The notes under the pieces: model-generated
Told to the model about the DNA's origin: nothing
Database searches by the model: none
The model's input: only the letters and a program-made list of their open reading frames with translations
NCBI RefSeq assembly: GCF_964204645.1
Contig: NC_134028.1
Coordinates: 12,199,263-12,263,262, forward strand
DNA from: Tubulanus polymorphus
Lineage: Eukaryota > Animalia > Nemertea
DNA: 64,000 bases
Reading direction: 5' to 3'
Program-made: the position numbers and the translations under genes
Part shown: positions 1 to 13,809 of the stretch, piece after piece
Numbering within the stretch: position 1 is the first letter of the stretch
How the letters are laid out: every line of letters starts with the position of its first letter

Positions 1-270
1 TAACGACTCATCGACCTATGCTCCCTTGCGACGGTTTGCGACTGTCAGCAACGCCAGTCACAAGGAGTCGCACGGGTTCTACTTTCTGCGAGGCGACACA
101 ACTGTCACAACCGACCTACGTGCCCTTGCGACTGGCAGAAACTAGTCACACACAGTCGCTGACAATCGTATTGCAACCGACTTGCACCGAAACATGCGAT
201 GCAACGCGAGGATCGCATCGCGTCGCAAGGCCGACCTATGTCCGGCTACGTGAGTTACTGTGGAGCCCCA
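1..270. mobile_element. Right end of a MITE-like element with CCGACCTAYG / TTGCGAC subterminal repeats
   Basis: Three CGACCTA motifs and several TGCGAC/GTCGCA motifs; ends GGAGCCCC. The other end is outside the window. Confidence 0.45.
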
Positions 271-1117
271 GAAATATCTTTTTTTTCGTTCATAAGACCT
301 TTCGCTTGAAAATTATTTCATTGGAACAAAATTTATTTCGTTCGGACCAATAAGTATTTCATTCATTCGAAACAGAATTGTTTTCATTTAAACATTCGTT
401 CGAAAAAAAATTGTTTTCGCTCAACCAAATTTTTTTGCCGAGAAAAAAAGTTTTTCATTTCAACAATAACATAGCTTTTTATTCGAACACATTTTTTGTC
501 AGAATGAAGAAAAGTTTTGGTTCAAACAAAAAGCGTATTGTTCGATCAATTTTCTTGTCGGAACATTAAGTTTTTTGGTCGAACGGCGTGTTAAGGTCGT
601 TTTGGAAATTTACTCGCTCTGGTATATTTTGGATTACTGTGTATGTCATTTGTAAGGACATTAAACAGAAGACGACTTCGGATACTACCTTGCGTGACTC
701 CACTAGTTAGATCGACTTATTCAAAGATGAGGCGTTCCATTGATTTCGGCTTCAAGTTTTCGTTCGGAGGTAACTGCTGAGCCATTTGAGCGACCTATCA
801 TTGATACTGCTTCCTAATAGCCTGTTCAGTAATGGCTGATGTTGTGCCTTATCAAATGCTTTGTCGAAATCCACCGTAGAACAGGATTCTAAGACTGTGC
901 AGAAAACCCTTTATCGCTGCTTTGCAGCTATATTTTAAGTTGTTATCGGTCCAATTATTATTAAAAAGTCTTTGAAAGTGATAGACATTGGTCCTATAAC
1001 CGGCCATATTTCACTCTAAAGTATAAAGCAAAACAAATCGATCTGACGTATTTGTTCCTGCCTACCACTGTCCAAGGTGTCAAGCTTTCACGTAGTGCCC
1101 AGGGCAGTTGTTAAAGC

Positions 1118-1290
1118 AAAGAGATCTGCATAATTTAAAGTAGTAGAATGAACAATGTAATATGTTTTCATCGATATTATAAAAAACTGTACCTCGACAG
1201 CACAGGACCTTTGGTCCTCTAGTTTATAATATCGATGAAAACATATTACATTGTTCATTCTACTACTCTTTAGAGTACGCAGATCTGTTT
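1118..1290. repeat. Long inverted repeat (44-bp perfect core) with a short spacer
   Basis: GTAGTAGAATGAACAATGTAATATGTTTTCATCGATATTATAAA (1140-1183) is inverted at 1223-1266. Confidence 0.9.
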
Positions 1291-1989
1291 CAACCCAATA
1301 TGAAAAAATCTTGAATACAAACTTGCCGGATCTATTTTTGCAGCGTATTTGACCCCATGTATCGGATCTTTTGTTAATTCAATGACTGTAAAAATGGTGT
1401 GCTTTGGTTCACTGTAAACGTACACGACACGATACCGACACAGCTCAAAGAAGAGCTAAAAATTCAGTTAATTATTTCCAAACTACATTTTCCAATGCAT
1501 TTCTTTGAAAGAATCGAATGATTTAGATTTCATCTTTTATTTTCGATCACTCATCATCGTGCATGAGATACTAATCTTCCATTACAAGCACGAGCGGGGC
1601 GGCCAATCATATGTGCGATCATTTGAAGGCTTTACGACTATATCTTTAATTAAACCCTCCAAAAGTTTATGAACTAAAATATATGAATGATGTACGCGGG
1701 AAAAAAAAAGCAAAAACGGTGTCAGAATTTGATTTAATCATGTACCCAGGTTGATGGGTTCCAGTAGGCTATTTGACGCTTTTTTGTTTTGAGAGCCACA
1801 AACGCTGATACAGCGAGTGTAGTGCACACGTGTCGCTTGTGTTTACAAACAGAATGTGGAGCAAACACACTGCAAACAAGATGGTGGAAACACTATTGTG
1901 AAAAATCTTGTCCCAGGCAACCATCGCCGCCAAACATACTGATCGTAAACATGCAATTGTTTACCGGATCCAATTGACACAAAAAATTC

Positions 1990-2800
1990 ATTAAAAGCAT
2001 TTGCAACATTTTGATCATCCTGTATGACTGTGACGCTGATTTTGAAAAATTCAGGGTAATTTTGATCTTTGCTTTTGCCAAGAATATTAGTAATTTTTTG
2101 CCAGTTTGTTTCATATCACGACTTACTTCATCAATTTTTTGATGTAACAATTTTTCTTGGCAATACCTAATAGCTTGATGAATAGATTCTAAATTTACAA
2201 TATCTATTTTTTGATTGCTGCATTTTATGTGATTTGAATTGTTTATACAACAAGTTTTTATGCTTAAGAGAAATAAGTAACCCATTAGACATCCAGGGTT
2301 GTTGATGGCTAGAATACCGGGATTTCTTAGCAGTCCTAATTGGAAAAGAATCATTATACATGACTTTTGAAATACTATAAAATCTACAGTATGTAATTTC
2401 TGCATCGTTTATACACAACACTGAGTCCCAATTGGTTACCATCAATTTTCTCCTAAAAATCTGCAAGGTTCTACGATTTTTAAAGTCGTTAGTTTATAAC
2501 CTCCTTTTTTGGAGTTTTTGTTTTATGCTGAAGAAGAAAATTGAAAGAAGTGAACACCATATAATGGTCAGAGAAATCACACAGTAAAACACCTGATTCA
2601 CACTTATACTTGATGTGACAGTTAACAAAAATATTGTCGATCAATGATGATGAAGTCACTGTCACACGAGTGCATATATCAATTTGAGGTACAGCTACAG
2701 AACTAGGTAATGCAGAGTCCAAAAATTTCCCGATTTGGTAATTACAGGGTCTCCCATTAATTACTATACATAAAGAAACTGCCTGTATCCTCCACATTTC
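1990..2800 (-). mobile_element. LINE (CR1/L2-like) ORF2 fragment: APE C-terminus and linker
   Basis: TRVTVTSSSLIDNIF..DFSDHYMVF, QPWMSNGLLISLKHKNLLY; frameshifted. Confidence 0.85.
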
Positions 2801-2949
2801 TTAATGAAATGTTTCGATTTTCCACCAAATGATAGAATGTAACGGTACTTTTTGATAATTATCATGGTTGCTATAGTAATTTGCTTAGTGATTTCCTAGC
2901 AACTGATTACATTGTTGTAGTGATTTTTTGTAATTCTTGTTTAGAATAG

Positions 2950-4139
2950 ACTAGCTGAATACCCGTCCAATGGACGGCGCATAAATGCAGAATCCTGTTA
3001 ATCATTAATTAATTGGCCGGGAAATAAATCTAAATGCTTCACATGTTTAGAGTTCTTGCAACCAACCCCACACCTCCCCTACCCCGTCTGACCTGTCAGT
3101 GGTACAAACCTTATCATTCAAATAACTAACAGTAAATTCTGCCCCAGCCGTTTTTAGGCCCCTCCTCGTTCGATCTTTGTACTTTCTATATTGACCACAC
3201 CACCCATACGTTCATTTGAAAAGCCCCTCCATTCGACCAACGAATTGCATGCTTAAATTGAGGGACTATTAATTGAAATTTCCGAGATAGTCGCTCGATC
3301 CGATGATATTGGGATTCTGTATTTTATATTACTGTTTGACATAATTTTTTTGATATCTCTCATATATACATACATATTTTTTTGATATCTCTCATATATA
3401 CATACATTTTCTTAAGAGAGATCCTGTCAGAATAGTACGTACATTTTGCTTTGACCCACTCCCCATACAAAGTTTTATATTTGTTTACCCTTCCCCAAAA
3501 TCCGTATGTACTACATGCATTTGAAAGCTCTCTTATAAATTTAACCACGAACGCACACATCGGCAGCCCCACAGGCATTCCGAGAGGCTGCGTTTGGGCC
3601 TCCCTATCTGCCAGTAACCTATCTGTGGTATGGAACCATTCTGAAAAACTCGCAATGGGCCTGTCCCCTTCAATAAGCATTCTGAGACGCTGCGTATGGG
3701 CCAGCAACACGGTCAGAACATATCGCTAAGTCCAATGATATTAATTTTGATCCAAAGATTACGTGTGATGAATGTCTTAACCAATGTTTTAAACAACTGA
3801 GGGACAGATCAGTGTTGAGAGAACTGTGTCAAGTACTGTTCTGATGCTGCGTTGTGTATCTTAAGTCGGTCAGGTCAGTAATTTACTATAGTACTTCTAC
3901 AGAAGCATAGTATGGTACTTTACTGTTAGATGGCGAACACATCGTTTTTAACTGAATTTTAGCCCGGGCTTAGAATGAATATTGTGACTCCCTCGGACCA
4001 CCAATCTGTTTGAAACGTGTAACTTGATGACGGGAAGAACTGGTATTAAGCATCAGTAAAAGGACGTTTCAATACATGCATTTATTTTCTTATAATGTGT
4101 CGCGGTAAATACCGTCCGTTCTGCTTTATAGTATAGATA
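2950..4139 (+). mobile_element. Non-autonomous Helitron-like element
   Basis: Starts ACTAGCTGAATACCCGTCCAATGGACGG (5' hairpin) and ends CCGTCCGTTCTGCTTTATAGTATAGAT. This terminal architecture resembles Lep1-type rolling-circle elements. Confidence 0.5.
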
Positions 4140-4329
4140 ACTGTTAAATCATGTCTATGTCTCTAATACAAAAAGCCTAGATGGTATGCTGGTTTTAGGA
4201 AACCAAATCTTTCTGTCAGTCTGTACCATGGATTTTGGGTTAAGAATCCATATTTGATTGCTGAGAAGCCACTTAATCAATGTCATCAAGTGAGCTGTCT
4301 GTTGTCTATGAGGTGTGATCTTTGGATTT

Positions 4330-4790
4330 GCCATACAGTAGGTCATCCAGGGGGCCTATATTCGGGCCATACTTTTTGACAAAAAAGGAAATGCTGACTA
4401 TGAATGGAACCGGCTATCATAAGATGCTGATTCAGTACTCCATTACAAAACTTCATAGATGGCTAGAGGAAGTCTCAATCCAGTGTGGTTCCAACAGGAT
4501 GCTGCGCAATGTTTTTCAGCAGGAAAAACAATTCGGTGACAGAATCTCATCGCTCCAAACTGTTAACGACTGGGCCATATAATCGCCTGACCTAAATCCA
4601 CTGGACTTTTTTACTTGTGGGGCTAGCTGAAGGACACAATGTACCAAACCAACCAGAAACTATTGATGATCTAAAGAGAAACATCTGCAATAACACAGAT
4701 GATTGTCAATGTACTGCGCAATTTCAACAATCGACTGAATCATGTGATAAAATTGAAAGGTTCTCCCATCTAGCATATTTTCTTAACTAA
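4330..4790 (+). mobile_element. Tc1/mariner transposase C-terminal remnant
   Basis: IFGPYF..MNGTGYHKML, WFQQDA, FGDRIS, SPDLNPLDF..WG spread across frameshifts. Confidence 0.8.
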
Positions 4791-4859
4791 TTGGATATTA
4801 GTGAAGTAATTTTTTTGTGCAATATGATATACAATATATTTAATACAATATTTAGGTCA

Positions 4860-5170
4860 TCACAGACTGAAATTCAATTCGTTTTTCACAAAAACCCCTA
4901 AACCACCTCCAAATCTATCTTTTCTTGATGAAAAAATTGATTTATTACTGGGTATTGAATACATTTCACTATTGTCATGGTATTCTGAAGTTCTTGTTTC
5001 CGTAAAGCCAATAACAAACCATTTAAACGCTTGTGTAGAGGTCAAGAAATGATCAACATTTTTATTCATACTCCTAATGTTTAAGTGACCAACTGCAAAA
5101 TCTTTGGTATTTAATAATTGTGAGAGAAATATTAGCATAATATTCCCAACTAGTTTCGTTACATACATTT
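4860..5170 (-). mobile_element. LINE APE N-terminal fragment, probably the same element as 1990-2800
   Basis: HLNIRSMNKN..IGFTET..RFGGGLGVFVK. Confidence 0.8.
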
Positions 5171-5259
5171 GTCATCATAAGAAGATATATGCTTTAAGTT
5201 TATAAGAAGATATAGGCTAAAAGTTTATAAGTAAACACATGTTGTACCGCTAATGTATC

Positions 5260-6110
5260 GCCTGTGCCTACGATAAAGATGATCTCACTAATGTATAAGA
5301 TGTCTAATGTGTTGGGTCATCCAGGGCAGCTGGGGGCAGGTTACCAGGGTTTACAATGGGATGATTTTGCTGATGCCCTCCTGATTTCTACTCTTTGGTC
5401 AGTCCAGAAGGTTTCTACTGTACTGTTCTATTGTTCTGTCACAGTTCTTTAGGAAGCTCGCCTGGTAAAATGGGCTTTAAGGGCACCCCAGTTCGTTTTG
5501 TTAAGCAGCAGTACTTGTCTGTCTTGGGCTCACTTATGACTGGTTTGCCTTGGAATTTGGTGAAGACTATGTCATGGTCTCCTGAGGAGGGTAAGGTAGT
5601 TACTTCGTTGACCATTGTTGGGTTCTTTGTCAGGAAAAGGTCAAGGGTATTATTGCCTCTGGTTGGTTAGGTAACTGTTTGTGTGAGGCTGAACTCATTG
5701 ATGAGGGTGATAAATTTCTCATAGATACCTTTTTTCTGACTATCAGGGATTTTTGTTCACAATCTTGCCATGAGATATTTGGCTGGTTGAAATCACCAAG
5801 GATCCAGATATCATTATCTTTTGGTATTTTTGACAGGGATTCTTTGAGATTCACGTGGCATTCGTGGACATTTTCTTTGTGGTTGGTAATATGCACCTAT
5901 GAAGGTGGGTTTGCTCTAAGTAATTTGGAACTTAACCCATAATCATACTTAGTCTGCAGTTGGGGCTGCGCTAAACAGACACGTTTAACTAAGATAGCTA
6001 CTCCACCTTGTTTGTGTTTCGATCTAGTCTGAATAGGGTATACCCTAGGGAGGGAGGAAAGATTTCACCATTAGCTTTATCTTCAGATAGCCAGGTTTCT
6101 GTGCCTATGA
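5260..6110 (-). mobile_element. LINE APE endonuclease fragment (second family)
   Basis: VIGTETWL, IWILGDFNQPNISW, PTRGNNTLDLFL, GDHDIV. Confidence 0.8.
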
Positions 6111-6164
6111 CTACAGCTCCACTGTTTTTAAGATTCTATAAGGACCACCTACACAGCACGCTCA

Positions 6165-6930
6165 AATGTTCAAATCCTGAAATTGGCTCTATAACTTTTT
6201 AGCCATTGGCCCTTAGTATCATAACAGCAAGCTTTGTCAAGATCCGATAATGATTTGTAGGACTAGTAGCAATTGAAAGCTTTTACAAGAGTGACCTGTA
6301 CAGCACCCCCTAGAGGTCAAATTGGGAAAATGGCTCAATAACATTTTAGCCCTTGGCCCAAAATATTGCCATACCAAATTTCATCAAGATTGAGTAATAA
6401 TTGTAGGACAAGTAGCGATGTAAAGATTTTACAAGTGCCACCCATAGAGATTAAATTTGGAAAATTGCTCCATAACTATCTAACCCTTGGCCCATAATAA
6501 CTACATACCAAGTTTCGTCAACATCGGACTATAATTGCAGTAGTAGTAGTAGTAGCAATTTACAAGTACAGCTGTACAGCGCCCCCTCATGGTCAAATTG
6601 GGAAAACCGCTCCATAACATTCAAACTATAACATTTTCGCCTGTAGTACCTATTAAACGAGTTTCATCAAGATCGAATATTTGTAGGACAAGTAGCTATT
6701 TAAAGATATACAAGTGCTACCCGTACAGCGCCCCTAGAGATCAAACTGGGAAAACGGCTTTAAAACTTTTTAGCCCTTGGCCCATATTAGCTTTATACCA
6801 AGTTTGGTCAAGATTAGAAAAGAAGTGTAGCACTAGTAGCAAATTGAAGAAAAAGTTGACTGATGGACAGACGGACAGACGATGGCTGATAATCACTCTA
6901 ACCCATTAAAAAAAAACCCATCAGCTAAAA
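6165..6930 (+). mobile_element. Helentron-associated (HINE-like) element with an internal ~145-bp tandem array
   Basis: About 5 diverged units containing GCCCC.AGAG.TCAAATTGGGAAAA..GCCCTTGGCCCA (6300, 6440, 6577, 6725), followed by a GACG/GACA microsatellite and a GCTAAAAA end. Confidence 0.7.
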
Positions 6931-6977
6931 ATAAACCATTTCATAATCATTAATAACATTCAACTTTTATTAACTTA

Positions 6978-7793
6978 TCTAGATACACTATACTCGCATC
7001 AATCACAATTTAGATGCACGACACCCATGAAAAATCCAAAGCCAGAAGAGTATATATATTTGTGCAACGTTTCAGCTAAAATTAGCCATCATAAGGCATA
7101 CTGAGAACAGGAGAATATTACAAGATATTTATACAAGACCAAAACAATAGAAACATGAGTGAATGATAAAAATGTTGGGAGGGGAATAGATTAAAGTAAT
7201 GACATAACGGCTGGAAAAAACAGTAAAGTAAGCAAAGGCAAACTAAGGGCAATATAGATTAAATTTATTTAAAAACAAAAGACACAAACTAAAGTGATTA
7301 AAACATGAGGACAAGCTTAGGGGTAATCAGATGAAATCAGTGAGTGAGTGCAAACAAGCAAGCGATAATCAAGGCAAACAAAGGAGGGAATTAATGATGG
7401 CTAATAGTCTTTAGCGGAAACCTTGCACAATATATATACTCTTTTATTCAAGTTTCTCGTTTTGACTGAATTTATTGTGGGATTTCTCTTGTTATGCATT
7501 ATGTCTATCTATTTTTTGTCTGACATCGATCATTTTGGGATATTTCTGTTGATCGTTTGAATACATACCTCAGTTTGGTCTGATTACGACCAGCGAAACC
7601 GTGCAGTTTGAATAAACCATCGTTTTTATATCAATCAATGCAGCATTAGTCACATTAATTCAAGGTTTATTAGTGGTAAAATACCCAGAACCAAATGCGG
7701 TACGACCCAATGCACTGCCTTGGGTACAGGCCCGATACACAAGTCACTGTGGGGTCAGCAGTCAATGTTGATAGATAATTGCCTACGTAGGTT
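6978..7793 (-). repeat. Interspersed repeat, copy 1 (split by the 7048-7494 insertion)
   Basis: Reverse complement of 45488-45845, including GCTGACCCCACAGTGAC..GGGCCTGTACCCAAGG. Confidence 0.8.
7048..7494. mobile_element. Penelope-like insertion with inverted pLTR fragments
   Basis: 7048-7098 is an inverted, diverged copy of 7395-7443. Both carry TGATGGC..GAAAC hammerhead-like cores. The host repeat is uninterrupted in its second copy (45781). Confidence 0.6.
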
Positions 7794-8915
7794 TTCCATT
7801 TTCTTGATGAGCAGTGTTATTGAGTGACAATAGTAATAAATTATCACATAGGACTACCGGGTACCGGTAATGAAACATGCATCCAGCGCCTTGTCCGACT
7901 ATGGATATCCCCCTGGAAATACCCAGTCACTATTTATAATGAAATGAAGAAATTCCGTGTTTTTTGCGTACCAAGGTCTTCCATGAGATTTGAGAAAAAG
8001 CTATTTTTCCCGGAGTTTGCATAATTGTCAAGGATATTTTCTGAAGTGAAAATAAAAATATTGCTCCCAAAAACCAAATCAATTTAAGAATATCACAGAA
8101 ATCAATCTTGAAATACAATTTTAAATCTTGAAATAAAACTCGGAAATAAAACAGTAAACGATACCGCAGGTTCACGTGGACACCTGCTCATTTGAATTCT
8201 GCAGCTAAGCCAATCATAGACGCCTCTTTGCTTTCTGAGTGGCTTTTTAAAACCGATAATTTTGCTATTTGTCTTTCACGAAAAAGCTCAAACTTTCTAA
8301 CGAGGCCCTTTTTCAAAATTCAGCACCCTAGGATTTGGAGAATGGATAATGCTTGAATGAATGATTCGTATAAATATATGCTCAGTTGCACAATCAAAGG
8401 GCCTTAGCTCAAACCATGTCATTTAAATTCGTTCCATTTGTATAGTAACAGGCTCAGCCTACGGCTGGCCTAAAAAGAAATGATTGAACCGGTATTTAGT
8501 TGATATTTATGTCAAATTTATACATTTAAGTGATTAATAACTGATTTATACAACCTTTAGTTGTATTAATCAGTTTGACTCTTCTAACAATCAAGTGTTG
8601 ATTAAGTTATTTCTCTGGTTGTTGTTATGGAAACGATTTTGCTAATTTTGGCCTCTCGGCATAGGTACCCATTCACTAAGTGGTGTAAACATGCTCATAT
8701 TAATTGACTTCGAAAATGAATAAATATCAACGGCTTGCTGATAAACTTTTATTAAAATATTTCTAAAATGATTTTGCTCGACTATCATCACCATTCCGAG
8801 TGATACAATGTTAAAATCATTTAGCCAAAATCCCAGAACTATTTCTTTCTGTGAACACATTCATATAGACGAGTTTGTGTTTAATATTTCACAATTCTTA
8901 GAAATTCACACATAC

Positions 8916-9151
8916 CTAGGTCTCATTTCAAGAACTCTGGCAACGACCTTTTCCCGGTCATGATCACTCAATGAAGAAAATCGATGGAAATCATCAAAAT
9001 GGGTGACTTCTGCCTTACACACTCTTCTCTTTTGATTATCATTGAATTCATAGAATGTTTCAGAAGATTGTGCTCCAACTTGAGACTTGAAAGCATTTGT
9101 TTCAGTTGCATGGGGCAGTGATGTTGCAACAGAGACAGCCACTGAAGAGAC
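8916..9151 (-). pseudogene. Putative exon of a decayed spliced gene
   Basis: Strong acceptor (TTTATTTCTGTTTTTAG) and donor (AG|GTATGT). One frame is open; the frame compatible with the upstream exon has two TGA stops. Confidence 0.55.
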
Positions 9152-9678
9152 CTAAAAACAGAAATAAATGAAACATTAAGCCTTTCACTGCATGGGTGCT
9201 GGTGGCTGGTAGATACAGCTATGCACATGAAATATGAGTCCCACAATCACAAGTTCAAAAAAGATTTTAAAATATCAAAACTATAAAGAATTTATTAAAA
9301 ACTCAAATTTTCGGTTTTATCCTAAAAACCAAACTAAAATTATGACATTTCACAGTATATATACCAGTAAGAACGACACACACTATTGCACATGAAAACT
9401 AGGTAATATTAACCAGAGAGGAAATGTATAGGGACAAAAGTTTATTATGAAGGGAGAAACCAAGGTTACCATTGACATAGGAATTTGAATGGGAATGTGA
9501 CGTCGGGTAATACTGTGAGACGGAAAAATTATCCGAGAATTATCAAAATCAAATTTGGATCATTGGTATCCCAAACATGGGTAGCCACAGCACTTTGGGG
9601 TTTTTGATTAATAATATCTTTCTTATGCTCTTTAATACGAATGCTAAGGGAGCGACAATCTATTATACCTAAACATAC

Positions 9679-9917
9679 CAAATATCATCAGTCGATACAT
9701 CAGATTTCTGTACTAGAACAGCTAACGTGGTGACAAAGAGGTAATAAGTGGCGCGTGATGTTGCAGTTTGCCTGGTGAAAAAACCAGTTATATTTTTACC
9801 AGTATTGCTTTCATCTCTGTGAATCTTAACCAAAAAAATTTCATCATGGGTTTCTGCATATTGACTTCGAACTTGATAAGTCAATAACTGTGTTGATGCG
9901 ATGCATGTTTTATCCAT
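9679..9917 (-). pseudogene. Putative exon (5' boundary uncertain)
   Basis: Open frame ..TATSRATYYLFVTTLAVLVQKSDVSTDDIW ending at donor TG|GTATGT. Confidence 0.4.
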
Positions 9918-10902
9918 AATATCAAGGTAAAACGTCTGTAAGTATACTTGATAATGATATCAACAAGATCATGCACTTAGTAATATCATCACTATGTTGC
10001 AAACTCAATACAGATGTTTGGGCTCCAAAAATGATCGCCATGATCGCTGACGTAAGAAGTGCGACTGATGAAAAAATGGCCACGAGAAAAAATGACCAAG
10101 GAAAATTTATGAGAATTAGAGCTGAAACCAACTACTGACAATGTTGATGACAATTTGCCACAGGCAAAGTGGTTTGACCTTTCTAGTATCTAGAAGAGCG
10201 TACAATTATACATGTATCCATTTCTTAAGTATTCACTTGTGTAACTGTTAGTTTTGGTTTAAATATGACCAGAAAACTCAAAATTTGATAATTTGATATT
10301 GGCTGTGTTTTTGCAATTTATTAGTATTTCGCATAAAAAAATCCAGGAAGCCAATTAAACAGTCCCAAATTCTCATTTTAGGCCTACTAGCTCATTTTCA
10401 TACTGATCAATGTGGTAATATTTTGATATAGGTTTACATTATGTTCAATGCTCTATCCCTATCAAATCATTCCAGCAGTTTCAAAAGGCATCATGAAAGC
10501 GGATTGATGCTATCGTCCATTTTCATTACTACGGACTCTACAGAAACACAACCGAACACGGCCTACTTCCGATTTTACCAAAGAAACTTGCCACAGTAAG
10601 CACACCGATAAATTATAAGCAGTGGCGTCACATGCTGGGTGGGGATTGTACTATCAAATATTTTTTTGCCGCTGACAAACTCAAACACGTAATTTATTAC
10701 ACATAAAACAGAACATTGTAACATGTTTACAGTACAATTGTATTTTATAGAACCAAAACAGAACAACGTAACATTTCATTTTTTCCACCGTATTTTTTCA
10801 TCCTGGTCAGAACACCTTATTATCGGCATACCAAACGTAATGTATTACGGTGAAACCGCACAGTTGGCAAGTCTGCATATCATTTCATTTTACTTCTCAT
10901 TC

Positions 10903-11078
10903 ATTAGGGTTTTCTGAACTTCATCGAAAATCCTCTTGTAATTCTGATTATTTCGCAGAAACCCTATTGTAATTCTGCTGATTATTAGGGTTTTCTGTTA
11001 CTTCATAAAAACCCTATTGATATTTGCTTGATTATTTTTAGGATTTCTGCAGCTTTCGCAGAAACCCTATTGTAATTG
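10903..11078. repeat. Short degenerate tandem array (GAAACCCTATTGTAATT / TAGGGTTTTCTG units)
   Basis: The motif recurs at 10958, 11008 and 11061, alternating with its inverse. Confidence 0.65.
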
Positions 11079-11080
11079 TA

Positions 11081-11870
11081 CTCCATTTTAGTGGAACATC
11101 GCAAAAACCGTAATGTTTCCGATGTCTCTGTTTTTAACGCATGCCCATTAGTGAGTGTTGGGGAAATTCTTTAAGTCCAGAAATCAGTTGATTGCCCAGG
11201 CGTCACTACATGTCAGAACTTTCAAAACTGGGTCATGTCACTACGCATAATGAATGTGTGTTTTGATGACTCCAATGTTTCCGTTTCTATTAGATTCGAA
11301 TCCCACAATAAATAATTATCTTATTTCAATTCGATTTGAAAATTGATGACCCCAATGTCACTTGTTTATATTTGCAGCGCTACCAGATTCGAGCCCCGAA
11401 CAATACTGAACTCATTTCAATTCGATTTGAACTTTGATGACTCCAGTGTCGCTGATTTATCTTATATGGCGCTATCATGTTCGAATCCCGAAAATGCTGA
11501 TCTCGAAATGCTAACCATTATGAACTTTGGTGCACTTTCTATGGTGATCCCAATGTCACTGTTTATTTATTTTGACAGTTCATATAATTGTATTAACATA
11601 TGATACGCAAGCATATGATACATGAGATTATTTAGAAGACATCAAGATCCCCCGCTGATAAAGTTCACGCTGGTTAAAAAAAAAGTGAATACCGTACTGA
11701 CATGACCCAGTTTTGAAACATGTAAACACTGTCATGACGCCTGCACACTGTACTGATTTCTCGACTTAGACTTTTCCAACACTTACTAAGCCTAACGCGC
11801 AGGCGTTAAAAACGGAGACATTGGAAACATTAGTTTTTGCTAGAGCGTCATGTTATTCTTGAAAGTGGAG
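11081..11870. mobile_element. MITE with ~165-bp imperfect TIRs and TA flanks (Tc1/mariner-like)
   Basis: TA|CTCCA...TGGAG|TA. The arms share TAATGTTTCC.ATGTCTC.GTTTTTAACGC and TTTCAAAACTGGGTCATGTCA in inverted orientation. Confidence 0.8.
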
Positions 11871-13809
11871 TATGTTGCCTAGGAGTATGTTGCCTACATT
11901 TATAATCCCGGACAATCAAATTCAAATTGTGTATTTAATTGTTTCTTTTCCCAATATCGTGCGAGTAATATTCCGAAGTGACGATAATATGAGATGATGA
12001 ATAATGATACGTTATAATATAACATAATTCATATGCTATAGTCAATATCGTGGTGTTATGGGGGCTGTTTAGTTGTCGTTTGAGTTGAGTAGACTCGTTA
12101 CCGGTTTCTACCATCGGTTACGGAATCGACCCATTAGATACTCTTGGAGCCTGTTATCGGGTATATGGATTGCATATTGACCCAATGAATGTGAAAACAT
12201 GACTGAATTTGTTTACTATACTTCCGGGGTAGGCTACAAACAAATTCTTTACTCGGTGCACTGTGAGCCTACATCGAATTGATGTTGTGTTTGTACTGTT
12301 CAACCCATAGGGGTAATGAGAAAGAGATTTGTATTACCGCAGGCAGCTTCATCGATAGGCCTTTTAAGGATAATTTCTTATGAGTTAGTGCTAGACTCGG
12401 ATCATTTGGTCGTGATCAAAATGAACTGGTATAGGCCTACAATTGGTAATATCGTCAAGTAGGCCTAAGGCGCATTTGTTTGAAATCGGTTTGTATGAAT
12501 CTTTTCAGTTTGTTGGGAAATCGCCTTTTTTCATTCCGGTTTATATAACCTAAACGCTTTGCAAAAATCAAGTTAGGCCTAACCATTCGGCGAGCAATTT
12601 GTAACATGTCCACCGGTAGCTGATTTTATCGAACCGACTTTTCGTTCTGTCGCATTTGTTTTCACTACAACAAACCGGTTTGCAGGTTTTGGGCGCAACC
12701 GATATAGGTCTAAACAAGTTTCAATACATTTATTTCAAGCAATTGGCAGGCTTTATAGTAGAAGAGGTGGGTGATTATCCAAAGCAATCATTATCGTCCG
12801 GAAATCGTCTTTGTTCATAACAGTTTACAAACCAATTTTGATAAATTGGCGCTTAAGCCGTTTACCTAAACGCTCTGGTTAAGTTGAGTAGACCGTTTGG
12901 TGAGCCATTTTTAACATAAAACTGACTTTTCCAATATGGCGGGGCTTTGCGAAATAAGCAAATTTCTGCCGTTAGCTGATTCAAACCAACTTTTCGTTCT
13001 GTCGCATTTGTTTTCACTATAGCAAACCGGTTCGGGACTCTACCGATAAAACCGGTTTCTACAAATTTGAGGATCCAAAGCAATATGTCTTCCGGCGTTA
13101 TCATTCATGACCATAAGATAGGCCTAAACGCCTCTATATTAAATTACTTATGCCCTATTTTATTATAATACAGGTAACAAGACAAATAATGTTTTTCAAT
13201 GATTAAAGCCAAAGTTATTCATGAGTAAGTTTTTTTTAATCGCCATTCTCCTCATAACGAAAACATGAAAACCCTGCTCATAAGTAAAATTTTGATGATT
13301 TTGAGCCAACATGGGACTCTATTCCCAGCGGGCTATTGCATTCACATTAGACCATCCGTCCGTAGACAGAATCCAGTTATTTTGGGAAGTTTTAAAGACG
13401 CTTCAATGTAATGTCTTGATATTTAGGTTACATATGTATCTACCCTAGACACATTATCAGCCAAAAAACTGGCTCTGTCAGAATCAAGGGTCCAGTTCTA
13501 CAGTTCGAGTTGAGACTCTGAGTAAACTCATTGAAAATGAACTAACTTTAACTCAACTCTAAAGGCTGGCTTATGTCGACAAGCAATGCGACACATACCG
13601 ATGCAACTGGGTTTATCGCCGATTAGCGGCCTACAAGAGGCCTTCCGACTCGTCACAAGCCTTATCCGGCCAATTGCCCATGTTCTACTCCGGCCTACGG
13701 CAGGCGGGCAGTTGCTTTCGATCGCAACCGACACAAGATCATCTGCGACGCCACAGAACTGAGCGTAGCAATACTAGAATCCTCAGAAGTTTCCATGGGC
13801 TTTAACAAT

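Noticed and set aside
271-590. Periodic TTTTCGTTC-like motif resembling a CRISPR or regular array
   Set aside because: Degenerate low-complexity minisatellite with no constant repeat/unique spacer structure, no cas genes and a eukaryotic context.
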